Shown: in pieces, positions 9,184 through 18,982 of the stretch
How positions within the stretch are numbered: position 1 is the first letter of the stretch
How the letters are laid out: every line of letters starts with the position of its first letter
From: Bacilli bacterium
Lineage (GTDB): Bacteria; Bacillota_I; Bacilli_A; ML615J-28; CAG-313
Direction: 5' to 3'
NCBI GenBank assembly: GCA_017411715.1
Contig: JAFQPO010000008.1
Location: 2,013 to 66,012 of the forward strand
Length of the DNA stretch: 64,000 nt
Translations under genes and position numbers: made by a program
Notes under the pieces: model-generated
What the model saw: only the letters and a program-made list of their open reading frames with translations
Database searches by the model: none
What the model was told of the DNA's origin: nothing

Positions 9184-9978
9184 ATGTTATATAACGTACC
9201 TTATTTATTTGAAGGATTCATCACAATAAGTATTTTAGCTTTTGTGATATATATATGGTTTAATTTTAAAAAAGAAAATTTCTCAAAATTTGTTTTTGAT
9301 AGAATGGTTATTTCTCTAGCAATTGGTGGAGCCTTAATGGCTGTTTGTGCTAATATGGGAAATCGATTATTCCACTTTCTTAGCGGAACGCCTTGGAAAG
9401 AAACACAAGGCATTACCTTTCTAGCTGGCCTTGTAGGTGGTTTAATTGGTTTTGTTATTTGTTTTTTAATTTTTCTAAAAGATGAAAGAAAAAAACTTTT
9501 ATATTATATTAATTCTTTTATCGCCGGAATTGCTCTTGCGCATGGCATTGGCCGCATCGGATGTTTCTTAGCTGGATGCTGCTATGGTAAAATAACTGAA
9601 TCTTTTCTTGGAATTTGCTTCCCAGTTGGTTCTCCCGTGTATCATGACTTAGTTCATAATTTTCATTTAGCACCTAATATTGCTAGTGTAACTAAAGTAT
9701 TACCTACTCAATTATTTGAAGCAATCTTTTGTTTCTTATTGTTTGCGGCATTATTATTTATTAAAAAACACCGTACTAACATTTATTTAATTAGCTATGG
9801 TATTTTTAGATTCTTTATTGAATATTTACGAATCGATAACCGAGGATCAATTGGAATGTCTTTATCACCATCACAACTTCTATCTATTGTATGTGTTGTG
9901 TTAGGTATTCTACTTTTTGTCTGGGAGCTCTTAATTGAACCAAGAATGAATTCAAAGCAAAATGAAAGCACCTTATAA
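9184..9978 (+). CDS. lgt: Prolipoprotein diacylglyceryl transferase (Lgt family, variant signature)
   Basis: Polytopic membrane protein, 264 aa. It matches Lgt at GGLIG, HGIGRIGCFLAGCCYGK (versus the Lgt signature GRWGNF), LPTQLFE (HPTxLYE) and YGIFRFFIEYLRID (YSxxRFxxExxRxD). Confidence 0.7.
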   Translation: MLYNVPYLFEGFITISILAFVIYIWFNFKKENFSKFVFDRMVISLAIGGALMAVCANMGNRLFHFLSGTPWKETQGITFLAGLVGGLIGFVICFLIFLKDERKKLLYYINSFIAGIALAHGIGRIGCFLAGCCYGKITESFLGICFPVGSPVYHDLVHNFHLAPNIASVTKVLPTQLFEAIFCFLLFAALLFIKKHRTNIYLISYGIFRFFIEYLRIDNRGSIGMSLSPSQLLSIVCVVLGILLFVWELLIEPRMNSKQNESTL

Positions 9979-9984
9979 AAGGTA

Positions 9985-10017
9985 AAAGCACCTTATTAAA
10001 GGTGCTTTTTTATTTTT
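9985..10017. terminator. Intrinsic terminator between lgt (+) and eno (-)
   Basis: Stem aaagcacctt/aaggtgcttt with a 4-nt loop, then a T-run on the plus strand. The eno stop abuts the stem on the minus strand. Confidence 0.55.
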
Positions 10018-11302
10018 GGATATTATAGAATGCTTTATAACCAAGATATTGAGAAACTGGAGAAATTTCATCTTCAATTCTTAATAATTGGTTGTATTTA
10101 GCGATACGATCTGTTCTTGATAAAGAACCTGTTTTGATTTGGCCAGCATTTAAGCCTACAGCGATATCAGCAATTGTTGTATCTTCAGTTTCACCACTGC
10201 GGTGGGAAATGATTGTTGTATAACCAGCTTTTTTAGCCATTTCAATTGCTGCGAATGTTTCTGTTAAAGTACCAATTTGGTTTACTTTAATTAATATCGC
10301 ATTGCCAAGGCCTCGTTTAATTCCTTCTTGTAAACGAGCTGTATTCGTAACAAATAAATCATCACCAACAAGTTGAACTTTTTTCCCTAATTTTTTGGTT
10401 AAATAACCCCAACCTTCAAAATCATTTTGATCAAGCCCATCTTCAATCGAAATGATTGGATATTTTTTACATAATAATTCATAATAACTGACAAGTTCTT
10501 GATATGTAAGTGATTTATTTTCACTTTTTAAAATATAGCGTTTTGAAGTTCTATCATAGAATTCACTAGAAGCAACATCAATTGCAAGCATTATATCTTT
10601 ACCTGGCACTAGATTAGATCGTTTTATAGCTTCCACTACTACTTCAAAAGCTTCTGCATTTGATGATAATTGAGGAGCATAGCCACCTTCATCACCAACT
10701 GAAGTTGTCATATTTTTTTCTAATAATACTTTCTTTAAATTATGGAAAACACAAGCGCCATGTTCTAATGCCTCTTTAAATGTTTTAGCACTAGTTGGAA
10801 TAATCATGATTTCTTGGAAATCAATACACCAATTAGCATGAGCACCACCATTTAAGATATTCATCATTGGAGTCGGTAAAACATGAGCATACATTCCCCC
10901 AAAATATTGATAAAGTGGCATATCATAATAATCAGCAGCTGCTTTAGCAATAGCCATAGAAACAGCTAATATTGCATTAGCACCTAGTTTTGATTTATTA
11001 GGTGTTCCATCTAATTTTAATAATAAATCATCTAAAACCATTTGTCTAGTAACATCATACCCTTTAATTTCAGGGGCAATAATATTATTTACATTATCAA
11101 CAGCTTTACTAACGCCTTTACCAAGATAGTGTTTTGGATCATTATCACGAAGTTCAACTGCTTCATATTCACCAGTTGATGCTCCAGATGGAACAATAGC
11201 ACGCCCAAAAGCACCGCTTTCTGTTTCTATCTCAACTTCTACTGTTGGATTACCACGTGAATCTAAAACTTCACGAGCATAAATATCAGTAATATAAGGC
11301 AA
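10010..11302 (-). CDS. eno: Enolase (phosphopyruvate hydratase)
   Basis: 430 aa, unmistakable enolase sequence ([34 protein letters not shown]). Confidence 0.97.
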   Translation of the reverse strand: MPYITDIYAREVLDSRGNPTVEVEIETESGAFGRAIVPSGASTGEYEAVELRDNDPKHYLGKGVSKAVDNVNNIIAPEIKGYDVTRQMVLDDLLLKLDGTPNKSKLGANAILAVSMAIAKAAADYYDMPLYQYFGGMYAHVLPTPMMNILNGGAHANWCIDFQEIMIIPTSAKTFKEALEHGACVFHNLKKVLLEKNMTTSVGDEGGYAPQLSSNAEAFEVVVEAIKRSNLVPGKDIMLAIDVASSEFYDRTSKRYILKSENKSLTYQELVSYYELLCKKYPIISIEDGLDQNDFEGWGYLTKKLGKKVQLVGDDLFVTNTARLQEGIKRGLGNAILIKVNQIGTLTETFAAIEMAKKAGYTTIISHRSGETEDTTIADIAVGLNAGQIKTGSLSRTDRIAKYNQLLRIEDEISPVSQYLGYKAFYNIQK

Positions 11303-11313
11303 TAAAATCCCTC

Positions 11314-12834
11314 CTATTTAGTATATCCTTTAATCATGCTTTTACCAGTCATTGCTGCTGGTTTAGCCTCACCTAATAATTCTAACATTGTTGGTGTAAT
11401 GTCACCTAAGTTACCAGTTTCATGTAAAACTACATCTTCACGAGTAATACAGAAAGGAACATCACTTGTTGTATGAGCAGAATAAGGTGAACCATCAGGA
11501 TTGAAAATTCTATCTGCATTTCCATGGTCAGCAGTAATAATTAAAGTACCACCAACTTTTTGAACAGCTTCATATACACGTCCCATACATTCGTCTACTA
11601 CTTCAACAGCTTTAACAGAAGCGTCAAAGTTTGCTGTATGTCCAACCATATCACAGTTAGCAAAGTTTAAAATGATTGTGTCAAATTCTTCACTTAAAAT
11701 AGCTTCTTCTACTTTATCAGTTACTAAATATGCGCTCATTTCTGGTTGCATATCATATGTAGCTACTTTTGGTGATGGTACTAAAATTCTTGAAGCACCT
11801 GCTAATTCTTTATCAACACCACCATCAAAGAAATATGTAACGTGAGCATATTTTTCTGTTTCCGCAATTCTTAATTGTTTGTAACCTAAATTAGCAATTA
11901 CATCACCATACATATCAGTTAATTGTTGTAAACCAAAGTTTACTTTACCTAACACTTTATCACTATAAAGCATCATTGATACATATGTAATATCTTTAAA
12001 TTCTACATATCTTGTAAGAGTTGTTTCTTTAGGATTAGTAATAGCTACACTAATTTGAATAGCTCTATCAGGACGGAAGTTTGCGAATACAATACTATCG
12101 CCTTCTTTAATGTTAGAACCAGTTGTTACAATATATGGTTTAACAAATTCATCAGTTTCATCATTTTGATATGATTCATGTAAACCTTCAATTAAACCTT
12201 TAACTGGTGCATCTCCATATACTAATGCATCATATGCAAGTTGTGTACGATTGTAGTTTTTATCACGGTCCATTGCGTAATAACGTCCAGACACAATTCC
12301 TGGATATACTCCTTCAATCATACTATCTTTTAATTGTTGTAAATATACTTCAGCTGATTTTGGTGGTACATCACGACCATCTAAGAATGAATGAACATAT
12401 ACTTGTTTTACACCACGTTCTTTAGCAACATTCATTAAATAAATGATGTGATCAATGTGAGAATGAACTCCACCATCACTCATTAAACCCATAATATGAA
12501 GGCTTGCATCTTTTTTAATTGCATTTTCAATTGCTTCATTGATAGCTTCCATTTTATCAAGTTCTTTATTTCTAACAGCGATGTTAACTCTAGTTAAAGA
12601 TTGATAAACAACACGACCAGCTCCAATATTTAAATGTCCTACTTCACTATTACCAAATTGACCAGCTGGAAGTCCAACACTTTCGCCACTAGCTGAAATT
12701 AAAGTATAAGGATATTTTGAAAAAATCTTATCTAAGTTTGGTTTTTTCGCAGCCGCAATCGCATTTCCATAGCTTTCAGGGTTAATTCCATAACCATCCA
12801 TGATCGCAAGCATAACTAATTTTTTTTGTGCCAT
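11314..12834 (-). CDS. gpmI: 2,3-bisphosphoglycerate-independent phosphoglycerate mutase
   Basis: 506 aa, iPGM family (MDGYG..., [15 protein letters not shown]). Sits upstream of eno as in the glycolytic operon. Confidence 0.95.
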   Translation of the reverse strand: MAQKKLVMLAIMDGYGINPESYGNAIAAAKKPNLDKIFSKYPYTLISASGESVGLPAGQFGNSEVGHLNIGAGRVVYQSLTRVNIAVRNKELDKMEAINEAIENAIKKDASLHIMGLMSDGGVHSHIDHIIYLMNVAKERGVKQVYVHSFLDGRDVPPKSAEVYLQQLKDSMIEGVYPGIVSGRYYAMDRDKNYNRTQLAYDALVYGDAPVKGLIEGLHESYQNDETDEFVKPYIVTTGSNIKEGDSIVFANFRPDRAIQISVAITNPKETTLTRYVEFKDITYVSMMLYSDKVLGKVNFGLQQLTDMYGDVIANLGYKQLRIAETEKYAHVTYFFDGGVDKELAGASRILVPSPKVATYDMQPEMSAYLVTDKVEEAILSEEFDTIILNFANCDMVGHTANFDASVKAVEVVDECMGRVYEAVQKVGGTLIITADHGNADRIFNPDGSPYSAHTTSDVPFCITREDVVLHETGNLGDITPTMLELLGEAKPAAMTGKSMIKGYTK

Positions 12835-12848
12835 AATTATTACCTCTT

Positions 12849-13391
12849 CTATTTTGTTATTTTATTTAATTGATATTTATTTATAATTTTAATGATAAAG
12901 TGCATAGCTAATACTTCAAATGGTAAAAGCATAATATTTTTACCAAGCCTAATAAAGAATTTTAAATTTTCTAAATTTCCATACATTATATAAAGCCACA
13001 AAGTATTGATTAAACAATTTATTAAAAGATTAACACATAATCTAGCTGTAAAGGTACGAAGGGGTGTTTCTTTTTCATATAAAAAGATACCATAAACAAA
13101 ACCTTCTAAAACTTTGCTAATAGTAAACCCAATCATAAATGCGCCAGTAGGATTTACAAGATATCCTAAGATGTCCATAGAAGCACCACTGATTGCGGCA
13201 ACGACTGGCCCAAACAAATACCCTATTACACTTAAAAACAAAAAGCTTAAACTAATTTTTAATTCTTGGGTAATATAAATGTTAATTTTTAATAAATCAC
13301 ACACTACACTCATTGAAATAAGAATAGCTATAATTGTAATTGTTTTAACTTTAGTTAATTCTTTGGATGATTTAACAAACACTATTCTCAC
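12849..13391 (-). CDS. Small polytopic membrane protein, ECF-transporter S-component-like (possibly folate family)
   Basis: 180 aa with 5-6 hydrophobic helices, size and topology typical of ECF S components. No terminator separates it from sigG. Confidence 0.5.
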   Translation of the reverse strand: MRIVFVKSSKELTKVKTITIIAILISMSVVCDLLKINIYITQELKISLSFLFLSVIGYLFGPVVAAISGASMDILGYLVNPTGAFMIGFTISKVLEGFVYGIFLYEKETPLRTFTARLCVNLLINCLINTLWLYIMYGNLENLKFFIRLGKNIMLLPFEVLAMHFIIKIINKYQLNKITK

Positions 13392-13446
13392 CTCACAACA
13401 TAATATATTATATCATATTTTGTTAAGTTATGTGTGATTTTAGTTT

Positions 13447-14214
13447 TTATTTATCAAAGATTATTTTAAGTGCTGCTTTTTCAAGACGTGATACTTGTGC
13501 TTGTGAGATTCCTATTTCTGAGGCTATTTCCATTTGAGTTTTATTATTATAGTAGCGATCCATAATAATACTTTTAAGACGTGGATTTAATCTTGAAATC
13601 CCTTCTTCAATCATCATCTTTTCCATTCTATCATCTGATGTATTATTTTCATCAGCAATTTGGTCAATTAAATATATTTCATCACTACCATTATTATATA
13701 TAGGTGTATATATTGAAACAGGGTCTTGCATTGCCTCAAGTGCTATAACAACATCTATTGTTTCAACATTAAGTTCTTCTGCTATTTCATTGATGGTTGG
13801 TTCTTTATGATTAACTGATACATACTTATCTTTAAATTGTAAAGCTTTATAGGCAATATCTTTTAAAGATCTAGAAATTCTTAATTTTGAATTATCTCGT
13901 AAATATCTTTTGATTTCTCCAATAATCATCGGCACCGCATATGTTGAAAAACGAACTTCATGTGAAAAATCAAAATTATCAATGGCCTTAATTAAACCCA
14001 TCGCCCCAACTTGAAATAAATCATCTAAATTTTCTCCACGATTATGAAATTTCTTGATTACACTTAAAACAAGTTTTAGATTACCTTCTACCACTTCATC
14101 TCTTGCGGATAGAGAACCATTTTGAGCTTCCTTAATTTTTTCTAAAACCACATCTTGTGGCATCACCTTAAGAGTAGCTGTATTAATCCCTGTTATTTCT
14201 ACTTTATTACGCAT
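13447..14214 (-). CDS. sigG: Sporulation sigma factor SigG
   Basis: Near-identity blocks to B. subtilis SigG (RNKVEI.G..T..L, EGNLKLVLSVIKKF.NRGE..DDLFQVG..GLIKAIDNFD.SH.V.FSTYAVPMIIGEIKRYLRDN, IAYKALQ). Lies downstream of sigE. Confidence 0.85.
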   Translation of the reverse strand: MRNKVEITGINTATLKVMPQDVVLEKIKEAQNGSLSARDEVVEGNLKLVLSVIKKFHNRGENLDDLFQVGAMGLIKAIDNFDFSHEVRFSTYAVPMIIGEIKRYLRDNSKLRISRSLKDIAYKALQFKDKYVSVNHKEPTINEIAEELNVETIDVVIALEAMQDPVSIYTPIYNNGSDEIYLIDQIADENNTSDDRMEKMMIEEGISRLNPRLKSIIMDRYYNNKTQMEIASEIGISQAQVSRLEKAALKIIFDK

Positions 14215-14232
14215 AAATTATCCCTCCATTAT

Positions 14233-14262
14233 AAGTATGGAAGAAATTGGTTAATTTAATGC
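14233..14262 (-). promoter_or_regulatory. Candidate forespore-type (sigma-F/sigma-G) promoter of sigG
   Basis: On the minus strand: GCATT, an 18-nt spacer, then CATACTTA. This fits the sigma-G/F consensus GHATR-N18-CATxxTA. A GGAGGGA RBS and the sigG start follow. Confidence 0.35.
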
Positions 14263-14280
14263 ATTAATCTTTTATTTTTT

Positions 14281-14997
14281 TTATGCTACTTTAATCATAT
14301 TCTCAATTTCTTGTCGCATCTTATCCATAATTCTTTTTTCTAGTCTAGATATGTAAGATTGAGAGATCCCTAGTTTATCTGCTACTTCTTTTTGTGTTAA
14401 AGCAGGTGTATCAAATAAACCAAACCGCATAATGATAATTTCTTTTTCGCGTTTTTTCAATTTGTTAAGCGCATAATATAAATTTTTTAAATCTTCATCT
14501 TTAGTCATTTTACTAATAGCCAAAGGCTCAGGATCCCCAAGTACATCTGCTAACATCATTTCATTACCATCTGAATCAATACTTAAAACTTCATCTAAAG
14601 ATACTTCTTGACGTAATTTTTGAATTTTTCGAAGATGCATTAATATTTCATTTTCAATACAACGTGATGCGTATGTTGCAAGTTTAATATTCTTATCAAT
14701 CTTAAAAGTTTGTACACCTTTAATTAATCCCATAGAACCAATACTAATTAAATCTTCGATTGCTACTTTACTTGATTCAAACTTTTTAGCTATAAAAACA
14801 ACTAAACGTAAATTATGAACAATTAATTTATTTCTTGCGTCTATATCACCATCGCCTGATAATTTCAGTAGTCTTAGTTCTTCTTCTTCATCAAGTGGTG
14901 GTGGTAAAATATTATTGCTATTTATGTAAAAACAACTATTGTCAATTTGCTTATCTTTAAATATTCTTTGAAACAATGCATACAATCTTTTAATCAT
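14281..14997 (-). CDS. sigE: Sporulation sigma factor SigE (pro-sigma-E)
   Basis: Extensive identity to B. subtilis SigE (LPPPL, NLRLVV.IA.KF, IEDLISIG..GLIK, IKLATYASRCIENEILM.LR, GISQSYISRLEKRI) and an N-terminal pro-sequence. Confidence 0.85.
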   Translation of the reverse strand: MIKRLYALFQRIFKDKQIDNSCFYINSNNILPPPLDEEEELRLLKLSGDGDIDARNKLIVHNLRLVVFIAKKFESSKVAIEDLISIGSMGLIKGVQTFKIDKNIKLATYASRCIENEILMHLRKIQKLRQEVSLDEVLSIDSDGNEMMLADVLGDPEPLAISKMTKDEDLKNLYYALNKLKKREKEIIIMRFGLFDTPALTQKEVADKLGISQSYISRLEKRIMDKMRQEIENMIKVA

Positions 14998-15685
14998 CTT
15001 TCATTCTCCTATTCAAAATAATCTCTTTTTCTAATACACTACTAAATATATAATATACTTTATAAACTTTCGAAAATACCTTTATTTTAGGTCCAGAATA
15101 TACATTATGATAATCACTTTTCGAAATTGTTGAAATCTTTACTACCCCAACTAACTTATACTTATCTTTCTTTATATGACTTGGGACAAAGACTATTGGC
15201 ACATCATTAAATGATGCGGTATTACCATTATCTACTAAAGATAAAAAATATTTCCCTTCTAATTTTATGTATAACGTATCATCATTATTCTTCTTTGTTT
15301 TAATATTTAAAATCATAATTAAAATGATTGTTATTACTATTCCTATCAAGTATTCAACTATCTTTAAATTATCAAGTTTAACTATTTGTAAAATACCAAT
15401 AAAAAGAAAATGCATTAGATAAAATAAAACAATTTCTAAAATCCTTTGTTTTATATTAATATATGGAAAACTAACAAAAACAATTATTATTCCAACAAAG
15501 TATCTAATGATAAAAAATATGTTCCAGGGTAAAAAGAAAAGTAAAATACTAAAACAAGATATTAATGTCCCTATTATTAATCGTAATAGATTACTTGGTG
15601 ATTGATTGAGAATACTAATTGTTTTTAAGAATAAAAAAGTTACTAAAAAAGTTGATATGATTAATAAATCTACATATACAATCAT
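14990..15685 (-). CDS. spoIIGA: Sigma-E processing peptidase SpoIIGA
   Basis: 231-aa membrane protein immediately upstream of sigE, overlapping it by 8 nt. It has 5 N-terminal TM helices and a C-terminal domain with a DxGN-type motif (LVDNGNTAS). Confidence 0.65.
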   Translation of the reverse strand: MIVYVDLLIISTFLVTFLFLKTISILNQSPSNLLRLIIGTLISCFSILLFFLPWNIFFIIRYFVGIIIVFVSFPYINIKQRILEIVLFYLMHFLFIGILQIVKLDNLKIVEYLIGIVITIILIMILNIKTKKNNDDTLYIKLEGKYFLSLVDNGNTASFNDVPIVFVPSHIKKDKYKLVGVVKISTISKSDYHNVYSGPKIKVFSKVYKVYYIFSSVLEKEIILNRRMKDD

Positions 15686-15708
15686 TCAATCATCTCACTA
15701 TCATTTTT

Positions 15709-15741
15709 ATTATATCAATCACACAATTAAAAGAATGTAAA
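15709..15741 (-). promoter_or_regulatory. Candidate spoIIG promoter with long spacer (TTTACA-21-TATAAT)
   Basis: On the minus strand, TTTACA is followed by a 21-nt spacer and TATAAT, about 25 nt upstream of the spoIIGA start. An unusually long spacer is the hallmark of the Spo0A-dependent spoIIG promoter in Bacillus. Confidence 0.3.
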
Positions 15742-15749
15742 AAAATATC

Positions 15750-15804
15750 CCTAAAATAAAAAAACGATAATAGCAAAACTCGAATGAGTAATGTTATTAT
15801 CGTT
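15750..15804 (-). terminator. Terminator downstream of ftsZ
   Basis: A 10-bp stem aacgataata/tattatcgtt with a 22-nt loop, followed on the minus strand by TTTTTTATTTTT. Confidence 0.45.
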
Positions 15805-15809
15805 AATTT

Positions 15810-16964
15810 TTACTTAAATCTGTTTTGTAGCCAACTTGGAATTTTTGGTTCGTTTTTAGGTTTTTCAGGTTTTGGTTGAGGAGCTTGATAAGTTGGTGTA
15901 ACTGTTTCTCCTCCACCATATGTTGAATTAACATACGGAACATTAGTAGGACGTGTCATATCATCAACATCATGATTTTCAACGAACCCTTCTTTTTGTT
16001 TTGCGGCTGTCGCATCAAATCCTGTTGCGATAACTGTTACAACAATTTCACCTTCTAAGTCAAGGTTAAATCCTGTACCATGAATAATATCGATTTCTGT
16101 TGAAGAAGCACCTCTAATTTCTAATAATACATCTTCAATTTCTTTCATTGTAATATCAACGTCACTTGTGATTTGAACAATTGCGTCTGTTGCACCATTA
16201 ATGTCAATTTCAAGTAATGGGCTACTAATCGCAAGACGAGCAGCTTCAACAGCTCTATTTGGCCCACTAGCTACCCCAATACCCATTAAGGCAGTACCTT
16301 TACCTTGTAAAACTGTACGAACGTCCGCAAAGTCAACATTGATTAAACCAGGTAATGCGATAATTTCTGAAATACCTTGAACACCACGACGTAATACGTT
16401 ATCTGCTTCTCTAAATGCTTCTAGATATGTTGTATTATTACCAATTGTTTCAAGTAACTTATCATTTGGAACAATGATTAAAGTATCAACATAAGGTCTC
16501 ATTTCTTCGATACCTTGTAATGCTTGTTGCATACGACGTTTTCCTTCGAAACCAAATGGTTTAGTAACAATACCAACTACAACTGAGCCAGCTTCTTTTG
16601 CGTATCTTGCAACCACTGGTGCAGCACCTGTACCAGTTCCACCACCCATACCTGTTGTAACAAAGACCATATCAGCATCTTTAATAGCTTCTCTAATTTC
16701 TTCTTCTGATTCTTCAGCTGCACGACGTCCAATATCTGGGTTAGCACCAGCACCTAGACCTTTAGTGATTTGCTTACCAATTTGAATACGTGTTTCAGCT
16801 TTAGACAAACGAAGAACTTGACAGTCAGTATTAATCGCAATATATTTAACACCACGAACATCATTTTCAATCATGCGGTTTACAGCGTTACCGCCTCCAC
16901 CACCAACACCTACAACCTTTAAGACAGGTTTTGAACTAAACATTTCTTCTTCTGGGATAGACAT
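15810..16964 (-). CDS. ftsZ: Cell division protein FtsZ
   Basis: Tubulin signature GGGTGTG and FtsZ N-terminal core, with a Pro/Gln-rich C-terminal linker. Confidence 0.95.
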   Translation of the reverse strand: MSIPEEEMFSSKPVLKVVGVGGGGGNAVNRMIENDVRGVKYIAINTDCQVLRLSKAETRIQIGKQITKGLGAGANPDIGRRAAEESEEEIREAIKDADMVFVTTGMGGGTGTGAAPVVARYAKEAGSVVVGIVTKPFGFEGKRRMQQALQGIEEMRPYVDTLIIVPNDKLLETIGNNTTYLEAFREADNVLRRGVQGISEIIALPGLINVDFADVRTVLQGKGTALMGIGVASGPNRAVEAARLAISSPLLEIDINGATDAIVQITSDVDITMKEIEDVLLEIRGASSTEIDIIHGTGFNLDLEGEIVVTVIATGFDATAAKQKEGFVENHDVDDMTRPTNVPYVNSTYGGGETVTPTYQAPQPKPEKPKNEPKIPSWLQNRFK

Positions 16965-17035
16965 AACAGCTCTCCTTTACTACATCAAATTCTTTATATT
17001 AATAAGTAATTTATCATACTAAATAGATTATATCA

Positions 17036-17064
17036 TTTTTTTTAAAATTTAACAAGACTTAAGT
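17036..17064 (-). promoter_or_regulatory. Sigma-A-type promoter for ftsZ (TTGTTA-17-TATAAT)
   Basis: Minus strand: TTGTTA, a 17-nt spacer, TATAAT, about 65 nt upstream of the ftsZ start with RBS AAGGAGAG. Confidence 0.45.
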
Positions 17065-17083
17065 ATAATTTTTTTAAAATTGT

Positions 17084-17647
17084 TTATTTTTGTTTCTTTT
17101 CTTTTTCTAAAATATCAAACATTTCTTTAAATCTATTGAAATGAACTACTTCTCTTTGTCTTAAAAATAATAGTGGCATTCTTACTTCATCAGTTTTTGC
17201 TTGATCAATTAAATGTTCATAGACAGCTCTTGCTTTTTGTTCAGCAGCCATATCTTCCGATAAATTAGCTAGTTCATCTCCTACTGCACTAATATACTCC
17301 GCTCTGAATGGTAAATTAGTTGATGATTCATAATATAAATCAAAACCATGTTCAGTGTAATAAGGTAACATATTAGCTTTTCTATAATCATCAATCGTTA
17401 AGCCTTTAGTAAGCTGAGTTAACATTTCTGCAATCATCTCAATGTGGCTAAACTCTTCTGTTGCGATGTCAACAAGTAAAGCTTTCATACGAGGGTCTTT
17501 TGCTGTATGTGCTTGATTTAAATATCTTAACGCTGCCGCAAGTTCTCCTTGAGGTCCTCCATATTGTGAAATAATAACTTTTGCCATTTCTAAATCAGGT
17601 TTAGATATTTTTATTGGATAAGCCAATCTTTTTTCGTATTCAAACAT
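17084..17647 (-). CDS. cotJC: Spore coat protein CotJC (manganese-catalase family)
   Basis: 187 aa with MFEYEK.L.YP...QYGG..GELAAALRYLNQ...TEEF.H.EMIA, closely matching B. subtilis CotJC. Confidence 0.85.
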   Translation of the reverse strand: MFEYEKRLAYPIKISKPDLEMAKVIISQYGGPQGELAAALRYLNQAHTAKDPRMKALLVDIATEEFSHIEMIAEMLTQLTKGLTIDDYRKANMLPYYTEHGFDLYYESSTNLPFRAEYISAVGDELANLSEDMAAEQKARAVYEHLIDQAKTDEVRMPLLFLRQREVVHFNRFKEMFDILEKEKKQK

Positions 17648-18030
17648 TATTTCAACCCCTCAAAATCGTTAATCCATGGCCATGGACGTCTCATAATTTC
17701 CTTTGAAGTCTTTGTTAAAGGATAGTATCTTCGTTCAAATTCTTCTTTAACCTTTGTTAATTTTTCTAAGTTTTCATTATAATATTTTAATGCTTTCATA
17801 TCAGTTGGATGTAAATCTAAATATAGACCTAAATCATTGCATACAAAAGCATACTTTTGAATATCCCACATTAATGCTTCTTTTTCAGTTAAATTATTAG
17901 GGGTTGTGGGAACATAGTTTTTATACCCCTCATATTCTAAAGGAAAAGTATTTCCTAAAGTTAAAGCCCTATCTGGCTTTTCAAAATTTAAATTTGGTTT
18001 TTCATATTGAAAATAATTATAATGTTGCAT
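17647..18030 (-). CDS. cotJB: Spore coat protein CotJB with CotJA-like N-terminal extension
   Basis: The C-terminal half has CotJB motifs LYLDLHPTD and PWPW. The first ~50 aa (ALTLGNTFPLEYEGYKNYVP) resemble CotJA (AL..GT.FP.L..PY). Its stop overlaps the cotJC start. Confidence 0.65.
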   Translation of the reverse strand: MQHYNYFQYEKPNLNFEKPDRALTLGNTFPLEYEGYKNYVPTTPNNLTEKEALMWDIQKYAFVCNDLGLYLDLHPTDMKALKYYNENLEKLTKVKEEFERRYYPLTKTSKEIMRRPWPWINDFEGLK

Positions 18031-18061
18031 ATTTTCTCCTTTCCTTTTAGAATATGCAAAA

Positions 18062-18096
18062 ACAAAAAAAGGAACTGTGTTTTTATCACGGTTCCA
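18062..18096 (-). terminator. Terminator of murB
   Basis: Stem ggaaccgtg/cacagttcc on the minus strand followed by TTTTTTT. The stem overlaps the murB stop codon. Confidence 0.5.
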
Positions 18097-18982
18097 CTAT
18101 TTCTAATTCACATTCTAATAAATATCCACTATCTTCATAAACCTTATTTTTAACTTTTTCAATTAAACTATTAGCCTCATTAAAAGAAGCCTTTGATAAA
18201 TTAATCAAGAAGTTCGCATGCTTTTTACTAATACAAACATTCCCAATCCTAAAATTTCGAAAACCTGATTTATCTATTAATTTCCAAGCTGGTATTTCAT
18301 CATAATTTCGAAAAGTACTTCCTGCACTTTTATATTCAAGAGGTTGTGTACTTTGTTTTTTTAATCTAAATTCCTTAACTATTTTATTAGAATTAGGATT
18401 TTCATCTAAAAATCTAAAATAGCCTTTCGTAATTATTAAATTTGTATTTGTAAAAAAAGATTTTCGATAATTAAAATCATTTTTATTTTCTAAAACACAC
18501 ACTTCACCAAACTCATTTAAATATTCTACTTTTTCTAAATAATCACTAATACTTTTATGATAACTACTAGCATTCATATATATTAATCCCCCAATTGTCC
18601 CAGGAATAATACTCATAAACTCACTACCTGATGAATTATTATCAATAACAAATTTGGAAAATTTTATACCTTGTGCACCTGCTTCAGCTGAAAAATAATT
18701 TTTTTCTATTTTTTCCATTCGAGAAAGATAGTTTAATTTAATAAATAAATATTCATAAGTACAGTCTTTAAAGAGTAAGTTAGTACCATTTCCTATCACA
18801 AAATATTTTAGATTTTTATTTTTTAATTTTTTAATAACTAAAATTAAAGAATCTAAATCTTTTGGATAGTATAAATATTTAACTATTCCCCCAATCCCTA
18901 AAGAAGTTAATTTGCTAGCCGGGTAATCAAATAATAGCTTTCCTAAATTTTGTTCAGTGATTAAATTTATTACAGATTTCAA
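18086..18982 (-). CDS. murB: UDP-N-acetylenolpyruvoylglucosamine reductase MurB
   Basis: 298 aa with an FAD-binding N-terminal domain (GIGG..KYL) and MurB-like C-terminus. Lies downstream of murG as in the Bacillus dcw cluster. Confidence 0.85.
   Translation of the reverse strand: MKSVINLITEQNLGKLLFDYPASKLTSLGIGGIVKYLYYPKDLDSLILVIKKLKNKNLKYFVIGNGTNLLFKDCTYEYLFIKLNYLSRMEKIEKNYFSAEAGAQGIKFSKFVIDNNSSGSEFMSIIPGTIGGLIYMNASSYHKSISDYLEKVEYLNEFGEVCVLENKNDFNYRKSFFTNTNLIITKGYFRFLDENPNSNKIVKEFRLKKQSTQPLEYKSAGSTFRNYDEIPAWKLIDKSGFRNFRIGNVCISKKHANFLINLSKASFNEANSLIEKVKNKVYEDSGYLLECELEIVEP

Noticed and set aside
9966-10017. Direct repeat of aaagcacctta (two copies) at the lgt 3' end, initially considered a mini repeat array
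   Set aside because: Only two copies. The second copy is simply the 5' arm of the terminator hairpin and the first is the lgt C-terminal codons. No spacer-repeat periodicity, so not CRISPR-like.
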